Below, piece after piece: positions 26,191 through 64,000 of a stretch of 64,000 nt of DNA (position 1 is the first letter of the stretch; each line of letters opens with the position of its first letter). The stretch comes from Amoebidium appalachense (lineage: Eukaryota; Protista; Ichthyosporea), in assembly GCA_963693365.1 (NCBI GenBank), contig CAVNZM010000012.1:7754001-7818000 (forward strand), read 5' to 3'. Under the pieces are notes generated by a model, which was not told where the DNA came from, did no database searches, and saw nothing but the letters and a program-made list of their open reading frames with translations. A program made the position numbers and the translations under genes.

Positions 26191-27466
26191 ATGGGTCCCA
26201 AACCGCCACGCAACGGCCGTCCAGCAGCTAGTAGTAGCAGTAAGGAACTTGTAAACCGCTACGACAAACTGGATTCCCAACGAAGATACATCCTGTGCAC
26301 AGGCATAGTGTTGGTGATCGTGTCCACCTCTTTCATCGCTTTCCTCCACCCCTACCTGTTTGACTTGATGACAGCGCTTGAGTTGGACCACCAGAGCTTG
26401 GTATTGCCCCCACTAATTGACCATCCAGTAATCAACAAAAGGGTTAATGCATACGTACACCTCCCAGTGGCTGCTCTGTGTTTGATCGCGTCAATCATCA
26501 CATGTGTCACCTACTACAAAATGTCAACTTGACAATGGGAAAATAACAAAGACTGAAAGGCTGCCGCGGAGTCTACTCATGCTTGCCTGCACCGCCTACA
26601 CCCTGCCATTCGCGTATTTTGGTGTTTGCGTGCGACTTGAAAGCTGGATGACATTTCATATGATGTTTACTTCAACTACGCGTTCTACATCCCAACAATT
26701 ATGATTGGACACCGTCTCTTTCGGCCACTGTGCGTGCACACCATGTCCGTTCTCTCTCTGCGTATTATATCATGACGGTCGGCTACCCAGTTGTTTACCC
26801 GCGTCCCAGCTGGGTGAATTGCAGCCAGCGCGTCCTTAACATTCTCAAAAAACGCCGGTCTCTTTTCACTGCAATTTTCGTTCTTTGCCTCCCCGCTATC
26901 TCCCTCCATGTTCTTGTGGGACTTTATCAGATATTCCTTTGTGCCGACATCGAGGAATATTGGTCCGACCCCAACGATGCTGTTCCGACAATAAGCATCG
27001 AGGTGTACGCAGCTACGTTTGACCTGTGGCTGTCCATGAGTCTTTATCACGTCCGAAGCCAGTAGATTTGGACCAATCGCGGTACCTTGTCCCCCTTCCC
27101 TTCATTTGGTTCCTAAACATTGCTATCTATTTCATCAACAGTTGGACTGTGCCCTCTGTGTACAGCGCGATTTGGCGTTGGCTTATGTTCCTTCTCTACT
27201 GTCTGTCTGCGATCGTGTTTTTCTCGTTTGTGTGGAGCTCTATACGGTCTATGATGGCTCAGCCAGGAAACAGTACGTGTGGCTGGAGTTCAGTTACGGC
27301 ACTACAGACGGAATCTGGAGCAAAAGAGCCAACTCTTACAATCATTTCTACTATCGAGAGCGGGGAGAGTTCGTTTAACAAAAACGGTGCGGAAATGCAG
27401 GAAAAGACGGGCACGTATGAAGCCCCGATGACCGGTGCAGTGCTACCGGTATCTGAAAGTTGTTAA
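26191..27466 (+). pseudogene. Frameshifted paralog of the 21460-22731 membrane protein (pseudogene or assembly indels)
   Basis: Colinear similarity: SVLSLRIIxMTVGYPVVYPRPSW vs TALMIRILVCYYGCPTLFPRPRW; VLCLPAISLHVLVGLYQ vs VLYLPPCVVHCYSAYQ; DLDQSRYL vs DFKESWIL. Needs 1-nt shifts at ~26521, ~26640, ~26770 and ~27055. The corrected ORF is 425 aa with no internal stop. Confidence 0.75.
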
Positions 27467-27713
27467 TACTATTGAAATCTTTCATGGTGCTATGGAATAT
27501 TTGGTTTCGTTAAAGCGAGGCAGGGAGGCCGAGGTAGGTGTGCGGATGCGCACTTTATTTTCTTATTGTAACTTTTTTTTTTTTTTTTTTTTTTTTGGGG
27601 GGGGGGGGGGGGGTTCGGCATTAATCAAAACACAGTGTGCATAGATGTGACTATTGTAACAGAGATATTACGGTCAACCGCATTTTATAATCAGCTGTAT
27701 GAATCCATTGAAT

Positions 27714-27750
<37 letters not shown>

Positions 27751-27861
27751 TAGCTGTCTTCTTGTAACGTACCCTTAACGGTTGCCAACCATCTTTCCTT
27801 TTACCCGGTTTTTGGGGGGCCCCAGGGCAGGCCTCACCTGGGCGCGTGCATATGTTTATTG

Positions 27862-27985
27862 AAGTTTGTTTTGTACATGTGTAATTTTGTTCTGCACATA
27901 TGTAATTTTGTTTGTACATGCGTAATTTTGTTTTGCACATGTGCAATTTTGTTTTGTACATGTGTAATGTTGTTTTGTACATGGC
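27862..27985 (+). repeat. 21-bp minisatellite, ~6 copies
   Basis: Unit TACATGTGTAATTTTGTTTTG with variants. Confidence 0.9.
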
Positions 27986-28674
27986 ATGTGCAAGTTTGTA
28001 CAGTTGGGCTGTACGGACTGGATGATAGTAAATTGAGAGATTTTTTTCTTTTAGGGCTGAGATCTCATGTAGGGGTCAATTTTCTCATGATAATATGGCA
28101 ACTTGCATAAATGATTTTTATAAATTTTTTGTAATCATAACTGCTCAGATTGTTTTTTTGATTTTTAGTCGTCTAATATGTTATAGTAACTACCATGCAC
28201 ACACGTAACATTGTATGTTTGACCCATGGTGTCTAAGCATTTAGCAAAACAGCGTGCAATGCCGTGCCTTCAATTCTTGCCTAAAAAGGCTAACTGGCAA
28301 GACTAAATGTATAGCTAAAGACTAGAATTGATCTGCGTGCAATACATGTGGCCTCAGCCGCCGTATGACCAAGTCTACTTCTGTTTTTCAAAGGTATGAG
28401 TTGGCGCGTGATCAGTCGTCACAGAGGGAAATGTTCGTCGGCCTTGGAAAATAAGAGCTACCTCCAAAGGTAGCAGATAATTGATGTCACGTTCAACGCG
28501 GAGTAGACCCAGATATTTAACTCCGAAAGAAAGGAATATCACACCAAACAATGGCAGAATCTCAGAACTTGAGCTTCAAAATATTTCTTCCAGTCCCGTC
28601 TCAGGGGAAGAGCCATCACCCCCCCCCCCCCCCCCCCCCCCCCCCCCTTCCTCCCTCCCCCACACGGTTCCCCT

Positions 28675-28755
<81 letters not shown>

Positions 28756-29735
28756 GCGCGTGCGCGCGCCGTGGCACGGCAGAAACCGACCGACAAAAAA
28801 AACTGGCGCGGCGCGCAACTGATTCCGACGATGGCTTAAATTTAAAATGACCAGGGTAGCTCCGCCTATCAAAAAGCCTACATAATTTCATCGATCAGCC
28901 TAGGACAGTGAAGACTGCTCCGCCAATCGAACTATCTATCAACCATTTTGCATCCAATCAGCCAACGTACGTTGAACCACTCACCGAACCCACCAAAATA
29001 TACAGTAAGGTGTAAAGGGAGAGAAGTCCGTACGACAGAGGACCCTAGGTATAGGGAGACCGCTCAAATAGACCGCTAAAAATAATATGTGCACACTTTT
29101 GATAATTTATCACCAAAATATAATAAATTACCGTAACCCTGTGTGTGTCTGAGGCCTAAATGGGGGGGCTGCCGCCACCCAAACCCCCCGTTATATGGTG
29201 ATCGAATCGTTCCCCCCTGATTTTACGTCGTCGGAACGTGTTTTGTTCCATCAGGCGCGAGTAAGGGACGCCGACGGACTAATGTAGAATACACGCAACA
29301 TATGATGCATAAACTTAAGGAGGAAAGTTAAAAACAGACTATGTACGCTGTCAGACTAGCAAAATTTAGCTGCCGCCGGCTGAGAACGCCATGGCATGTG
29401 ACGTCATACTGAATTACTTCTATATATGGAAGTAAATCGGGTGTGACGTCATTTCAGATTGAATTTTCCCCAGAAGTCTTTAAAAATTAGTCTGACGGGG
29501 TACGTAGTCTGTTTTGAACCATTATTCGCTAAACACACGGACACCCACACGTGCTATAGCTATTTGGTATTTCACATATCATGTCCGCTTGTCGCAAGTG
29601 GTCACCTAGCTAGAGTTTCGATCTCTACCCACCGCTATTGAAAGGTTTAGTCTGAAAGGTAATCTTTGACGATTACATATGTGCTTCAACTCGGAGGTGT
29701 TATTCTTCCTCTCTGTTCCCACCCCACCCACAGCC

Positions 29736-29772
<37 letters not shown>

Positions 29773-29882
29773 TCCCCCCAGGCCCCCCTCTAACCCCCTA
29801 CCCCCCTGCACACGCACACGCACACACACGCGCGCGCACACGCACACACACACCCACACCCACACAAACACATATATACGCC

Positions 29883-29973
<91 letters not shown>

Positions 29974-30682
29974 GCACACGCACAAGCGTGCATACACGCA
30001 CACACACGCACAGAGCCGCTCATACCCGCTTGTGGGGTAAACCTGTGCCTCAAATACCCCTGCCCCAGCCTTGGGAAACTACATTTTGCACCATCGCCGT
30101 GGTCACAGGCTTTTTATTCATTCACATGCATATGAAAGTTGGCATATCTTCGGAAAAGTTGACATATTTTCGGAAAAAACGCTGATTTCCTTGCAAAGCT
30201 GTATTATATAAATGCACAATCATCGCGGATGATTGAATAACAAATTCTCTGTTCTATGTACGACATAAGTACCGATAGGCTTGTATTTGGTGATTTCCAA
30301 CATCTAAAATACGGAATAATAAACCTTCTGTCCTTCTCCATGATGATTAGCACGGGAAAATATTCCTTCGCAGAAAAAGACTCACAGAAAGCTTACCCCC
30401 CCCCCCCCCCCCCAGGTGGCTGGTTTGGCGCCTTTTTATTTACCACTAACTACGTAGCTCATTCTTTCATATTGTATTTGTGAAAAGAAAAAGAAAAAAA
30501 AAAGGGAACAAGACCCCACCCTTAGAAGAAAAAACAAACAAACAAACAAACAAACAAACAAACAAACAAACAAAAAGCAAAACAAAACGAAAGGAAAACA
30601 ACAATAACAAAAATATATAAACGAACAGGCCGCAGATTTCTGGTGGTTGGTCGGATCTACTGGACCAGTGTAAATCTCCGGA

Positions 30683-64000
<33,318 letters not shown>

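Noticed and set aside
26530-26640. Three in-frame TGA codons suggesting Sec/Trp readthrough
   Set aside because: The alternative frame gives the hydrophobic helix matching the paralog, so frameshifts explain it better. TGA is also a normal stop at 10800.
28680-28770. (CA)n-(CG)n potential Z-DNA tracts and G-run quadruplex potential
   Set aside because: Ubiquitous in the window with no specific association, and run lengths may be assembly-inflated.

Overview
This is eukaryotic genomic DNA, intron-rich and very dense in C/G homopolymers and (CA)n/(CT)n/(GAGT)n microsatellites. Nearly all ORF-track entries are low-complexity artefacts. Five genes are supportable: (1) a + strand multi-exon RING-H2 finger gene ending at 10802; (2) an intronless cationic amino-acid transporter (13121-14869); (3, 4) a head-to-head pair of divergent intronless 1+7-TM membrane-protein paralogs, one intact (21460-22731, -) and one broken by four single-base frameshifts (26191-27466, +); (5) the 3' ~39 exons of a Fab1/PIKfyve kinase (30683 to beyond 64000, -). 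Several non-autonomous hAT-like TIR elements and a ~150-bp dispersed intronic element with hammerhead-like core motifs are also present. The most unusual signals are in intron architecture. Decayed tandem copies of exon/intron junctions are stacked inside several introns. Many weak donors are followed directly by sense-strand poly-C, and many acceptors carry (CA)n in place of a polypyrimidine tract. All exon calls were made by eye, homopolymer lengths may be inflated by long-read assembly, and the organism cannot be identified with confidence.
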